Shown piece after piece: positions 1-10,569 of a stretch of DNA of 64,000 nt. Every line of letters begins with the position of its first letter. The stretch's first letter is position 1. Both the position numbers and the translations under genes were made by a program. The stretch is from an uncultured Sphingobacteriales bacterium. GTDB lineage: Bacteria; Bacteroidota; Bacteroidia; CAILMK01; CAYYUA01. The notes beneath the pieces are model-generated. The model saw only the letters and a program-made list of their open reading frames with translations, was not told the origin of the DNA and did not search any database. Location: positions 71,338 through 135,337 of the forward strand of contig CAZLQF010000004.1 in NCBI GenBank assembly GCA_964561545.1. The letters run 5' to 3'.

Positions 1-9
1 TAGCAATCT

Positions 10-822
10 TTATCCTAAACCAACATCCAAAGCCATCATAATTGCAAATCCGCCCATCAATCCCAATGTTGCAAGGTCTGTATTGCCCTTAAGTTGAGAT
101 TCAGGGATTAATTCTTCTACCACCACATAAATCATGGCCCCAGCAGCAAAAGCCATGGCATAAGGTAGTAGGGGTTTGATCAACATTACAGCCACAGCGC
201 CTAAAACGCCAGCTATTGGCTCAACAATAGCAGATGCTTGACCATAAAAAAAGCTTCTAACTTTTGTAAAACCTTCACGTCTTAAAGGCATGGATACCGA
301 AGTCCCTTCTGGGAAATTTTGAATACCAATTCCTAAAGCAAGGGTAGTAGCACCTGAAAATGTTGCGGCAGGAAGATTTTGAGCCAAAGATCCAAATGCA
401 ACGCCAATGGCTAAGCCCTCGGGTATGTTATGAAGCGTAATAGCCAATACCAACAACATGCTTCGGTGTAAGCTGGTGGATGGCCCTTCAGCTTCTTTCT
501 GTGGAAATCCAATGTGTAAGTGAGGCATGATTTTGTCAATGCAAGCAATGGCTCCTCCTCCTAATAAAAATCCGACAACCACTGGCAACCAAGTCGGAAC
601 CGTTTCATTGGCTGATGCCATTTCCATGGCCGGTAACAATAAGGAGAAAAAACTGGCAGCAATCATTACGCCCCCGGCAAAACCCATCATGCCATCCAGC
701 AGTTTTTGATTAAAAGATTTCATGAAAAAGACCAGAGAAGCGCCAAGTGCGGTAAACCCCCAAGTAAAACAGGTAGCCAGCAAAGCTTGCCAGATAGGGC
801 TAAGGCTTTTGAACCATTCCAT
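10..822 (-). CDS. ZIP-family divalent metal (zinc) transporter
   Basis: The translated ORF has multiple transmembrane segments and the ZIP signature HNIPEGLAIG with a His-rich loop. The ORF track extends to 945, which would overlap the divergent neighbour's ATG by 2 nt. The internal Met (MEWFKSLSPIW...) at 820-822 gives a typical 270 aa ZIP length and leaves a 120 bp promoter region. Confidence 0.75.
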   Translation of the reverse strand: MEWFKSLSPIWQALLATCFTWGFTALGASLVFFMKSFNQKLLDGMMGFAGGVMIAASFFSLLLPAMEMASANETVPTWLPVVVGFLLGGGAIACIDKIMPHLHIGFPQKEAEGPSTSLHRSMLLVLAITLHNIPEGLAIGVAFGSLAQNLPAATFSGATTLALGIGIQNFPEGTSVSMPLRREGFTKVRSFFYGQASAIVEPIAGVLGAVAVMLIKPLLPYAMAFAAGAMIYVVVEELIPESQLKGNTDLATLGLMGGFAIMMALDVGLG

Positions 823-943
823 TCTATGGGGTTTAGGGGTTAAGTTTGCAAAGGTACATTGGTATTTGCTGAAAGGGAAATATTCATCCGAATTTTGGAA
901 GCAATGAAATTTTCCTAATTTCCCGCCTTTAAAATGAAGGGAC

Positions 944-2533
944 ATGAAGGTTTTAGTTTATGTTTTTGTGTTGTTGGTTCCACTTGCGCTTAACGCTCAA
1001 TATTTCGAATTTCAATCATCTCAAATTGATTTTGGAGAAGTACCCACTACCAAACCAGATAGCTCAAAAGTGGTTATACAAAACTTAACCGGCCAAAAAG
1101 CTAAATTTAAAATCATAAAAGCGCCTCATCCTGCGTATTCTGTGGCTAAATCCGCCATAGAAATACCTGCAAATGGCGAGGAGGCGCTTTGGGTCCGTTT
1201 TGATCCGGATCATAATGTGTACCATAATTCTGAATTGTATTTAACTGCTGCTCAAGGTAAGGGTGGTTATGCCATCAACTTGGAAGGATTGGGAAAATAT
1301 CCAAATTCTTATTACTCGGCTACGCAAAATAAATGGGGTGAAAATTTAAAATCTGCTTTAGCCAATATTGTCGATAATCATAACAGTTTAGGTTATACTT
1401 ATGCCCGGGATGAGATGTATGCAAGCATTTATAATGAAAATGGCCAAGTCGAAGGTGTTTATACCGGCCGGAAAGCGAGTTTTACTACAAGGTCAGGTGC
1501 CAATAGCAATCAATTTAATTGCGAACATACATTTCCGCAAAGTAAATTCAATCAAAATGAACCAGAGCGCTCCGACATTCATCACTTGTTCCCGACCGAT
1601 GTTGAGGCCAATAGCAGGCGTTCGAATTATATGCTTAGCACTGTGAGTAACCCTAATTGGCAGAAAGGCGGCTCAAAAGCTGGGAGTAACAAATTTGAGC
1701 CGAGGAATGAACAAAAAGGAGCCTCCGCAAGGGCAATGTTCTATTTTGTAATCCGGTATCAGGATTACAATAACTTTCTTTCCAGTCATGAAGATGTATT
1801 GCGCACCTGGTCCAAAGAACATCCCCCTGATCAGGAAGAACAAGACCGGAATGATGAGATTTACCAACTACAAAACAACCGTAATCCTTTTGTGGATCAT
1901 CCTGAGTTTTTGGAGAGGATTTCCTCAATAAGCGGCACAGCTTCCAGGCCTCAAACCCGGCAACTTATTGTACCGTTGGATTCAGTAATATTTCGAACTT
2001 CCAAGAATAGTGATTCCGCAAGGTTTAATTTCGAGGTTGGCAATGAAGGCAATGAACCGATCTCTTTATCAAACTGGACTGTAAAAGGCAATGGTTTTGA
2101 TTTGTTAACCAAACCTAACTCGATACCACCTGGTCAATCAGTTAAAATAAAAGTGGCACACATTTCTACTACCCAAGGTATCAGTAAAACAGGCCAATTA
2201 AATTTCAGTACCAATGCAGATCAGCAACAAAATGTATCCTTGCCCATTCAGGTGAATGAGCCAATAAGCACTACCGCTAAAAATGAAAATGCCAAGAACC
2301 AATTTACTGTTTACCCCAATCCAGCAAATGGTGAAGTTTATGTAAAATTTCCCAGGGTTGGAGATTATGAATTAACATTTACAAACCTCTCAGGTCAACT
2401 AGTTAAGCAATTAACTGTTAAAGATTCAAACCACAGGATTATCAACTTTAAGCCAAATGGCAATAATGTCTTGCTTCTAAACATTAAAGAAGGAAATAAC
2501 AATTACAAGAAAAGGATTTTTATTGCGCGTTAA
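944..2533 (+). CDS. Secreted extracellular endonuclease I family nuclease with Ig-like flanking domains and a T9SS C-terminal sorting domain
   Basis: An N-terminal signal peptide is present. The endonuclease I (Vvn/EndA-like) core motifs are NCEHTFPQS ... DIHHLFPTDVEANSRRSNY. The C-terminal 80 aa (FTVYPNPANGEVYVKF...LLLNIK) match the Bacteroidota Por/T9SS sorting domain pattern. Confidence 0.7.
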   Translation: MKVLVYVFVLLVPLALNAQYFEFQSSQIDFGEVPTTKPDSSKVVIQNLTGQKAKFKIIKAPHPAYSVAKSAIEIPANGEEALWVRFDPDHNVYHNSELYLTAAQGKGGYAINLEGLGKYPNSYYSATQNKWGENLKSALANIVDNHNSLGYTYARDEMYASIYNENGQVEGVYTGRKASFTTRSGANSNQFNCEHTFPQSKFNQNEPERSDIHHLFPTDVEANSRRSNYMLSTVSNPNWQKGGSKAGSNKFEPRNEQKGASARAMFYFVIRYQDYNNFLSSHEDVLRTWSKEHPPDQEEQDRNDEIYQLQNNRNPFVDHPEFLERISSISGTASRPQTRQLIVPLDSVIFRTSKNSDSARFNFEVGNEGNEPISLSNWTVKGNGFDLLTKPNSIPPGQSVKIKVAHISTTQGISKTGQLNFSTNADQQQNVSLPIQVNEPISTTAKNENAKNQFTVYPNPANGEVYVKFPRVGDYELTFTNLSGQLVKQLTVKDSNHRIINFKPNGNNVLLLNIKEGNNNYKKRIFIAR

Positions 2534-2592
2534 GATCAATAAAGGATTTTTGTAGAAATTTGATATTCTAAATTAAGCAAATTACAATCGAT

Positions 2593-4389
2593 ATGAAAGA
2601 ATTTCTGAAATTTACGCTTGCCAGCATGGTTGGCTTTATTGTCGCCAATATCATCTTATTAGTGATTACAATTACATTTCTGTTTATTGGAATTGGTAGT
2701 GTCGCTACAATGACCAAAGGTTTTCAAAGTGGTCAGCAGGCTAAAATTGAAGAGAAAAGCATCCTTAAAATAGGGCTTGATCAACCTATTGTTGAAAGGA
2801 CCTCGGATGATCCTTTTAAGGATGTTATGTACACCTTGCAAGATCAACCCAAGCCTATTGCGATAAGCGATGTTTTACAATCCATTGAGCATGCAAAGAC
2901 CGATGACAAAATCAAAGGAGTATTTTTAGATTTATCCGTTGTGCCTGCGAGCAGAGCAACTGTAAAGGGAATTTACAATAAACTCAAATCCTATAAATCA
3001 AGCGGTAAATTCATTTACGCCTATGGAGATATGATGACGCAACAATCTTATTACCTGGCTTCGCTGGCTGATAGCATATACTTACAGCCTGAAGGAATGT
3101 TTATGTTCAATGGCATGCATTCGGAAATGACTTTTTACAAAGGGCTCTTTGATAAACTGGAAATCGAACCCAACGTTATTAAAATGGGTAAATACAAAAG
3201 TGCTGGTGAATCATTCTCCCATAAAGAAATGACCGATGCCAACCGTGAGCAAATGAACGAGTTGCTCAATACATTTTACCATACCCATTTGGAAGCGATT
3301 TCAGAATCAAGAGACATTAAGGTTTCAAGGCTCAAGACCATCGCTGATAGTTTAATGGTCAGAAATGCTGAGGACGCTGTTGAACATGGGTTTGTTGATC
3401 AATTGGCTTACAGGGATGAAGTCCTTAACATGCTGAAAGAAAAATCTGGAATTAAAGAAGGTGAAGATTTAAATACGGTTGGTCTTCAAAAATACAGCAA
3501 AAAAGCTGATGATTGGGGACAAAATACAGCAGATAGTGAAATAGCTGTAATTTATGCCACAGGTCCCATAGGATTAAAAGGTGGTGATTCTGAGAATATA
3601 GGGTCTAAACGAATGTCAGAGGCCATAAGAAGCGCACGTAAAAATGAGGATGTTAAAGCCGTTGTTTTACGAGTTAATTCACCAGGAGGTAGTGCATTGG
3701 CTTCTGATGTTATTTGGCGCGAGGTTAAATTAACTAAGGCAGAAAAACCGATTATTGTAAGCATGGGTGATCTCGCTGCTTCAGGTGGGTACTACGTTTC
3801 TGCTTCAGCAGATACCATTGTAGCACAACCCAATACCATTACAGGTTCTATAGGTGTGATCGGTATTTTAATGAATTGGCAGAAATTCTTTAATGAAAAA
3901 TTAGGCGTAACTTTTGACCGGGTTAAAACGGCTAAATATGCGGATTTAGGTAATCCCAACCGCCCTATGATGGAAAAAGAAAAGGAAATCATGCGCACGT
4001 TCATAAGGGACATTTATGATGATTTCCTTTCAAAAGTAGCCCAAGGTCGCGGGATGCCTGTAAATAAGGTAGATTCATTGGCAAGAGGCCGCGTATGGTC
4101 CGGTGAAGATGCTAAAGAAGTTGGCCTTGTTGATGAAATCGGAGGCATTGAGAAAGCCATCAACATTGCAGCCAGCAAAGCTGATTTAGAAGAATATGAT
4201 ATTAAATACTTACCTGAGCAAAAAGGACCTTTTGACCAATTTTTAAAGAATTTTGGAGCTGATATTAAGCAATCCATGGTAAAATCCGAACTTGGAGAAA
4301 ACTATAAGCACTTTCAAAGGCTTAAAGAGCTAAAAAATATGGAAAGTGGGGCCTATGCCATCTTGCCTTATGAGCTTAGGATCAAATAG
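2593..4389 (+). CDS. sppA: Signal peptide peptidase SppA (protease IV, 67K type)
   Basis: N-terminal TM anchor. Two ClpP/crotonase-like S49 repeats are present. The catalytic region SMGDLAASGGYYVSASADTIVAQPNTITGSIGV is typical of SppA. Confidence 0.85.
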   Translation: MKEFLKFTLASMVGFIVANIILLVITITFLFIGIGSVATMTKGFQSGQQAKIEEKSILKIGLDQPIVERTSDDPFKDVMYTLQDQPKPIAISDVLQSIEHAKTDDKIKGVFLDLSVVPASRATVKGIYNKLKSYKSSGKFIYAYGDMMTQQSYYLASLADSIYLQPEGMFMFNGMHSEMTFYKGLFDKLEIEPNVIKMGKYKSAGESFSHKEMTDANREQMNELLNTFYHTHLEAISESRDIKVSRLKTIADSLMVRNAEDAVEHGFVDQLAYRDEVLNMLKEKSGIKEGEDLNTVGLQKYSKKADDWGQNTADSEIAVIYATGPIGLKGGDSENIGSKRMSEAIRSARKNEDVKAVVLRVNSPGGSALASDVIWREVKLTKAEKPIIVSMGDLAASGGYYVSASADTIVAQPNTITGSIGVIGILMNWQKFFNEKLGVTFDRVKTAKYADLGNPNRPMMEKEKEIMRTFIRDIYDDFLSKVAQGRGMPVNKVDSLARGRVWSGEDAKEVGLVDEIGGIEKAINIAASKADLEEYDIKYLPEQKGPFDQFLKNFGADIKQSMVKSELGENYKHFQRLKELKNMESGAYAILPYELRIK

Positions 4390-4680
4390 TTCTACAGCAT
4401 TAAAATTGTTTGAGAAGGTTATGGTTAACTAGTTGCTTTTCTCGGGATCTTAGGATCATCAAAAGGTTAGCGAGCAATGAGGGTAAATACTCAATGCCGT
4501 ATTCCAATCATTAAAACTCTTGTTTTTTAGCCGTATTTCATGAATGGTAATCGATTCATTATGGTTAAAAATTCCTGAATGGGGTAAAGCTTTTAGAAAA
4601 CTTGATTTGGGGAGGCTTCATAAAAATATGGTACTTGACCAATTTAAGCGTAAAGTCTCGAGTGATTATAACTTGAACAT

Positions 4681-5436
4681 TTATTTTAATAGCGTAACTT
4701 CAATATTCTTTTTACGGATTTCCGATACCCGCTTTACTTCATTTTCCTTGTAAAAGCTGTCAATTTTTACAAAGTTGACCGATGAATCAACAGGTGCTAA
4801 ATTAAGGTAATCCTGGAACCGGATTCCCTTAATGGTTCTGGGCTTGTCAGCAACCCTGAAGCGCATCCCACCACCATTTGTTTGGTACTTATAGGCCAGA
4901 AAATCCATGGTATAATTGTTCTCATGAATCCAATACAGAAAAGTATCTTGATGGTTTTGACCATTCGCCCCTTCTTTAAAAGTGACCCGGATTTTCTTGT
5001 AGGGGGACTTATGGAGGTTTACGGAACCCATATATTGAGATTGAACAGCTGGGTCCTTAAGTTTATAAGGTAAAAGGAAAAAGTAATTGACAGCGTCCAA
5101 TGAACCTCTAAGTCCAGCTTTCTCATCTTTTGAAAGAACCACTTTTTGACCATTCACCTCCCGGTATAAACTGTCATTGCTGAGTACCGCCTTATATTGG
5201 TTGCCAGCGGTGTCCTCGTAAGTTCGTTGGTAATGATAGGTTCCGTTTTTCAAGGTTGTGGTGTAATGCTTGTCCCTGAAGTCATAGTCTATTTGAACTT
5301 GATCCATTTTTGCTCCGCCATGAGTCTCTATCGTTTTTTGGATGATGCTATCAGTATCTTTTTTTGAAGGTTGGCATCCGTGCAAGTACATTAGGCAGAT
5401 CACTGACAACGAAATTGAAAGAAACAAGTAATTCAT
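4681..5436 (-). CDS. Hypothetical lipoprotein
   Basis: Signal peptide with a lipobox-like ...LHGCQPSKK. No catalytic motif was recognised. It is convergent with sppA. Confidence 0.45.
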   Translation of the reverse strand: MNYLFLSISLSVICLMYLHGCQPSKKDTDSIIQKTIETHGGAKMDQVQIDYDFRDKHYTTTLKNGTYHYQRTYEDTAGNQYKAVLSNDSLYREVNGQKVVLSKDEKAGLRGSLDAVNYFFLLPYKLKDPAVQSQYMGSVNLHKSPYKKIRVTFKEGANGQNHQDTFLYWIHENNYTMDFLAYKYQTNGGGMRFRVADKPRTIKGIRFQDYLNLAPVDSSVNFVKIDSFYKENEVKRVSEIRKKNIEVTLLK

Positions 5437-5640
5437 ACAGTCGATGGGTTTATTATAAAAGGTTTAAGGGCCCTCAAGTGTTTTGAAGAACTGGAACAAA
5501 TTTAAGACTTATGAATTCAAACATTTGGATTATTGTATTTATTGAGCGGTGATTGCTAAATTACTTGTGCAAAATAGGTTGATCAATCACTGATTTATTA
5601 ATCATGTACTATTCTAAGCGCAAATCATTATATTTAACCC

Positions 5641-6315
5641 ATGAATTTTCTGGCCCATTATTATTTTGATGGTATTGAAGGGGATGCATATTTTAACTTT
5701 GGCTTGATCCTTCCTGACCTTATGGGTATTGCCAAAAGAGGTTGGAAAATTAAAGGCAATGTTGAAAGGAAATTTCAACAAGAGCCCGCGTTCGATATTT
5801 TTCTTGGGGTACTTCGTCACCTGGACCTTGATCACTTCTTCCATAACTCTGAATTTTTTACTAAACAAACCCAAGCCGTCAAGGACCATTTGGCTGCTAA
5901 AAGGCTTGATAAGGGGGAGTTCCGGATGTTTTTTGTGGTGCATGTATTATTAGAGATCATGCTTGACCGGCTTATAATTAAAAAAGAACCGGAAATTTTA
6001 GAACGTTTTTACCAAGACCTCAATCTTATACGAAAAGATCCGGTTCAGGATTTCTTTTACCAAACCAATACCACTTATTGGGAACGCCTTTTTAAGGTGT
6101 TTGATAAATTTAAATCTGCCCAATACCTCTATGATTATCCTTATAATCAAAAATTTATTCGTGCTTTAAACAGAACTTTTGAGCGGGTTAATCATCCACC
6201 CTTGGGTGAAGAGAATGATGAGTACATCCAAAATGTTATATTTGACATCGAGGAATATTTGAATAAGCATTTTGACATGTTAGGTCAGGAGTTACAAAAT
6301 TACCGGCAATCATGA
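5641..6315 (+). CDS. Acyl carrier protein phosphodiesterase-like protein (AcpH family)
   Basis: The N-terminus MNFLAHYYFD closely resembles the conserved MNFLAHLHLA start of AcpH. The length, about 200 aa, fits. Only this family-level resemblance was assessed. Confidence 0.5.
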   Translation: MNFLAHYYFDGIEGDAYFNFGLILPDLMGIAKRGWKIKGNVERKFQQEPAFDIFLGVLRHLDLDHFFHNSEFFTKQTQAVKDHLAAKRLDKGEFRMFFVVHVLLEIMLDRLIIKKEPEILERFYQDLNLIRKDPVQDFFYQTNTTYWERLFKVFDKFKSAQYLYDYPYNQKFIRALNRTFERVNHPPLGEENDEYIQNVIFDIEEYLNKHFDMLGQELQNYRQS

Positions 6316-7412
6316 GAGGATTAATTGCAGTTCTTGCTTTATGCTTACTCGTTATTTCGGTGCAAGGGCAAACGAGGAAATACAGCAATGAATTTTTATC
6401 GATAGGGGTAAGTGCAAAAAGCCTTGGCATGGGGAATGCGCAAGTAGCATCAGTAAATGATGTAACGGCCGGTTATTGGAACCCGGCCGGGCTTACAAGA
6501 ATTGATCCCAATCTTCAGCTTTCCTTAATGCATTCTGAATACTTTGCCGGAATTGCCAATTATGATTATGGTGGATTTGGTGTTAAAATTGATGAAAAGA
6601 ATCACCTGGCCCTATCAGTCATTCGTTTTGGCGTAGATGACATCCCCAATACATTGGAGCTGATTGATGAAACCGGAAGGGTTGATTACAGCCGTGTCAC
6701 AGGCTTTTCAGCCGTTGATTATGGATTTTTGTTTTCTTATGGGCGCAAACTCAACGACCAACTCAGGGTAGGCGGTAATTTCAAACTGGTGCATCGGAAA
6801 GCTGGCCCTTTTGCCAGGGCATGGGGTTTTGGCTTGGATGCCGGAGCGCAATACCAACAGGATGATTTTACTTTTGGCGTGATGTTACGAGATGTTACAA
6901 CCACTTTTAATGCCTGGTCTTTTTCTTTTAATGAAGACCAAAAAGAGGTCTTGACGCGAACGGGAAATATCATCCCTAAAAACTCAATTGAAATAACCCT
7001 TCCTAAAGCAATTCTTGGAGTAAATCACCAATGGGGCATTTCCAATAATTTTCAACTATCCTCTGAAATTGACCTTGTAACGACTTTTGACGGTCAACGC
7101 AATACCTTGCTCAGTACAGGTTTCATGAGCATTGCACCCCGTGCTGGTTTGGAATTTGGCATGTGGGATATAGCTTTCATTCGCGGAGGAATTGGTAATT
7201 TCCAGGAAGAAACCAATGTAAAACCGAAAGAAAACGAGGAAGTGCTCACCTATCAACCTAATATTGGAGTAGGATTACAATTTAAAGTGGCCCAACTGGA
7301 TTATGCCTTTACCGATATTGGCGACCAATCCATAGCGCAATACTCCCATGTGATTTCCTTGAGGTTTGACGTTCGAAAGGGGTTTTTTAGGGGTGATGAT
7401 AAGGAAGAGTAA
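6312..7412 (+). CDS. PorV/PorQ-family outer-membrane beta-barrel protein (T9SS-associated, likely PorQ)
   Basis: Signal peptide. The N-terminal motif SAKSLGMGNAQVASVNDVTAGYWNPAGL matches the A(R/K)xLGMG...NPAG signature of the PorV/PorQ FadL-like family. It shows a beta-barrel-like alternating pattern and ends in aromatic residues. The start overlaps the upstream stop (ATGA). Confidence 0.5.
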   Translation: MRGLIAVLALCLLVISVQGQTRKYSNEFLSIGVSAKSLGMGNAQVASVNDVTAGYWNPAGLTRIDPNLQLSLMHSEYFAGIANYDYGGFGVKIDEKNHLALSVIRFGVDDIPNTLELIDETGRVDYSRVTGFSAVDYGFLFSYGRKLNDQLRVGGNFKLVHRKAGPFARAWGFGLDAGAQYQQDDFTFGVMLRDVTTTFNAWSFSFNEDQKEVLTRTGNIIPKNSIEITLPKAILGVNHQWGISNNFQLSSEIDLVTTFDGQRNTLLSTGFMSIAPRAGLEFGMWDIAFIRGGIGNFQEETNVKPKENEEVLTYQPNIGVGLQFKVAQLDYAFTDIGDQSIAQYSHVISLRFDVRKGFFRGDDKEE

Positions 7413-7676
7413 ATTGCCCTTCAGTCACTTAATTTGATAATTGGGTTGAATATTGTGGCTTAACCCCTAACAAAACGAGTCAAAACATTTAGTTTGACCT
7501 GTTAATAATCGATTTTTAACCAATCAAACCATCCAGGTAGTTTCAAGCAAAAAGCCTTTTTTAAATTAGGTGAAGCAGGCCAGTAGCCATAAATTTGCAT
7601 TCAAAGCTAAAACTCAACTAAGATTAAATTATAGGTGTTCAATTATAAATAAACTATATTATTAAATAGATAAATT

Positions 7677-10406
7677 ATGAAACAAAAAATCGCTTCACTG
7701 AAAGAACAACAACAAAATGGTTATAATATCAATAAACTCCCATTTTCTATTAGAATTCTTTTGGAAAATGCATTGCGCAATCACGATGGTTTTGCGGTAA
7801 GGGATGATCATGTCGAAACCCTTAGAAATTGGAATCCTCAAGGATCAGGGAATGATATTCCTTACAAGCCTGCCAGGGTTTTGATGCAGGATTTTACAGG
7901 TGTTCCTGCTATTGTAGATGTGGCTTCTATTCGTAGTGAGGTCATTCGCAAAGGCAAAGATGGCACTAAAATCAATCCTTCCATACCTGTAGATCTTGTA
8001 ACCGACCATTCTGTACAAGTGGATTACTTTGGTACAGAAAACGCCTATAAGAAAAACGTGGAAAAAGAATACGAAAGGAACAAGGAACGGTATCAGCTCC
8101 TCAAATGGGGCCAGCAAGGATTGGATAACTTTACTGTGGTACCACCAGGCATGGGCATTTGCCACCAAGTAAATTTGGAATACCTCGCCAGCGGCGTTGT
8201 TGAAAGGGACGGATGGGCCTTTCCAGACACCTTGGTGGGCACTGATTCCCATACGCCCATGGTAAATGGCATTGGTGTACTTGGCTGGGGTGTTGGTGGT
8301 ATTGAAGCTGAGGCTGCTATTTTAGACCAGCCCATTTACTTCCTTTGCCCCCAAGTGATCGGACTCAGGCTTACAGGCAAATTACAGGAAGGCGTAACAG
8401 CTACTGACATGGTTTTAACCATTACCAAGCTTTTGCGTGAATATGGCGTGGTAGGTAAGTTTGTGGAAGTATTTGGGCCAGGACTCGATAACCTCACGGT
8501 GCCTGACAGAGCCACCATCTCCAATATGTCGCCTGAATTTGGTTGCACGGTCACTTATTTCCCAATTGACGACCAAACCCTCGATTACATGAAACGCACC
8601 AACAGGCCTGAAGAGCAAATCAATTTCGTGGAGGAATATTGCAAGGACAACATGTTATGGCGGGAAAATGAAGACGAAATAGAATACACCGATGTGCTCG
8701 ATCTTAACCTGTCAGAAATTGAACCTTCGGTAGCCGGCCCAAAACGCCCTCAGGATAAAATCGAAGTTCAAAAACTTAAGAATAAATTTGAGGAATTGTT
8801 GTCATCTGAGTACAACCGCTCTTATGTTCCGGACGCTCAAAGAAGTGAATCTGCATGGTTGAACGAGGGTGGCTCCGGATTCCAATTTGAGTATGAATCC
8901 ACACAAAATGGTAATGAGGATGTTCAGGTAAAAACAAACCAACAAAAAACCATAAAGGTTACCACCCAGGATCAGGAATATTTAATAAGTGATGGGGCTG
9001 TGGCCATTGCTGCCATAACCAGTTGCACCAACACTTCGAATCCATCCGTAATGCTGGGAGCAGGCCTTGTAGCCAAAAAAGCTGTTGAACTTGGGTTGGA
9101 TGTCAAACCATGGGTGAAAACTAGCTTGGCTCCGGGTTCTCAAGTTGTAACTGATTATCTTAAACGCTCAGGTTTATTGGAACCGCTTGAAGCTTTACGC
9201 TTTTACTTGGTAGGGTATGGGTGTACTACTTGCATAGGAAACAGTGGTCCTTTGCTTCCCGAACTTGAAAAAGCTGTTGAAGAAAGCGATCTCGTGCTCT
9301 CCTCCGTGCTTTCTGGTAATAGGAATTTTGAAGCAAGGGTTCATCCCCAAGTTAAAATGAACTTCCTGGCTTCTCCCATGCTGGTCGTTGCTTATGCCTT
9401 AGCTGGAAGGGTGGATATCAATCTTTTGGAAGATCCATTAGGCTATGATTCCAACAACAATCCGGTTTATATGGAGGACATATGGCCAAGCCAGCAAGAA
9501 ATCAATGAAATGGTTAACACAGCCATTGACCTTAAAGACTATGAGGATACTTATAGCCAAATCTTTGAAGGTGAAGAACAATGGCAACAGTTAGAAGCAC
9601 CAACTGGCACCGATTACCAGTGGAGCGATGATTCTACTTACATTAAGGAAGCGCCATTCTTCAAAAACATTTCCGAAAACCCAGAGGATCCCAAAGATAT
9701 ACATGACGCCAGGGCATTGTTAAAAGTTGGCGATTCTGTAACAACCGATCATATATCACCGGCTGGTGCTATTAAGCAAGATTCTCCGGCTGGCCGTTAC
9801 CTTGAAGCCAATGGTGTAAAACCCAGGGATTTTAACTCCTATGGTTCCAGAAGGGGTAACCACGAAGTCATGGTGCGGGGAACTTTTGCCAATGTGAGAA
9901 TCAAAAACCATCTTGCCAGTAAAGAAGGCGGTTACACTACACACATCCCATCAGGAGAAGAAATGTCCGTTTTTGAAGCTGCCATGAAGTACCAAGAAGA
10001 AAATACACCCTTGGTGGTGCTTGCTGGTAAGGAATATGGAACAGGTTCTTCTCGTGATTGGGCAGCCAAAGGTACCAAACTACTGGGCGTGAAAGCAGTA
10101 ATTGCTACAGGTTATGAACGAATTCATCGTAGTAACTTGGTTGGCATGGGTGTTTTACCTTTAGAATTCCCGGAAGGTAAGGATGCAGAATCTTTAAGCT
10201 TGGATGGTAAAGAAACATTTACCATAACTGGTATTTCCGAAGGATTGAAACCAGGACAGAAGGTGAAAGTTCAAGCCAAAAAATCGGATGGTGCTACCAT
10301 TGATTTTGAAGCCATATGCAGGTTGGATTCTGAGATCGAGGTCGAATACTATCGAAATGGTGGGATTCTGAATTACGTCTTAAGGCAGTTCTTGAAAAAT
10401 AATTAA
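7677..10406 (+). CDS. acnA: Aconitate hydratase A
   Basis: 909 aa. Aconitase Fe-S ligand and substrate motifs are present (SCTNTSNP, GCTTCIGNSG, SGNRNFEARV, swivel-domain SRRGN). Confidence 0.95.
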   Translation: MKQKIASLKEQQQNGYNINKLPFSIRILLENALRNHDGFAVRDDHVETLRNWNPQGSGNDIPYKPARVLMQDFTGVPAIVDVASIRSEVIRKGKDGTKINPSIPVDLVTDHSVQVDYFGTENAYKKNVEKEYERNKERYQLLKWGQQGLDNFTVVPPGMGICHQVNLEYLASGVVERDGWAFPDTLVGTDSHTPMVNGIGVLGWGVGGIEAEAAILDQPIYFLCPQVIGLRLTGKLQEGVTATDMVLTITKLLREYGVVGKFVEVFGPGLDNLTVPDRATISNMSPEFGCTVTYFPIDDQTLDYMKRTNRPEEQINFVEEYCKDNMLWRENEDEIEYTDVLDLNLSEIEPSVAGPKRPQDKIEVQKLKNKFEELLSSEYNRSYVPDAQRSESAWLNEGGSGFQFEYESTQNGNEDVQVKTNQQKTIKVTTQDQEYLISDGAVAIAAITSCTNTSNPSVMLGAGLVAKKAVELGLDVKPWVKTSLAPGSQVVTDYLKRSGLLEPLEALRFYLVGYGCTTCIGNSGPLLPELEKAVEESDLVLSSVLSGNRNFEARVHPQVKMNFLASPMLVVAYALAGRVDINLLEDPLGYDSNNNPVYMEDIWPSQQEINEMVNTAIDLKDYEDTYSQIFEGEEQWQQLEAPTGTDYQWSDDSTYIKEAPFFKNISENPEDPKDIHDARALLKVGDSVTTDHISPAGAIKQDSPAGRYLEANGVKPRDFNSYGSRRGNHEVMVRGTFANVRIKNHLASKEGGYTTHIPSGEEMSVFEAAMKYQEENTPLVVLAGKEYGTGSSRDWAAKGTKLLGVKAVIATGYERIHRSNLVGMGVLPLEFPEGKDAESLSLDGKETFTITGISEGLKPGQKVKVQAKKSDGATIDFEAICRLDSEIEVEYYRNGGILNYVLRQFLKNN

Positions 10407-10569
10407 AGTAGATCACTCAATTACTTCAAGGCTGATCGAATTTGAGAACTTTGAACTCAATTCATCAACTTGTGTTGAGCCATTAACTTTTTGCTAAGGT
10501 GAATTGTATATCATCAGAAACAAATTTTGAAATCCGCACCCTTAGTTACTGCATTGAGCTACCATCAAA

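Noticed and set aside
7845-8618. Antisense ORFs of 67 to 135 aa within acnA
   Set aside because: They are embedded in the aconitase CDS and have no motifs, so they are statistical artefacts of a long gene.
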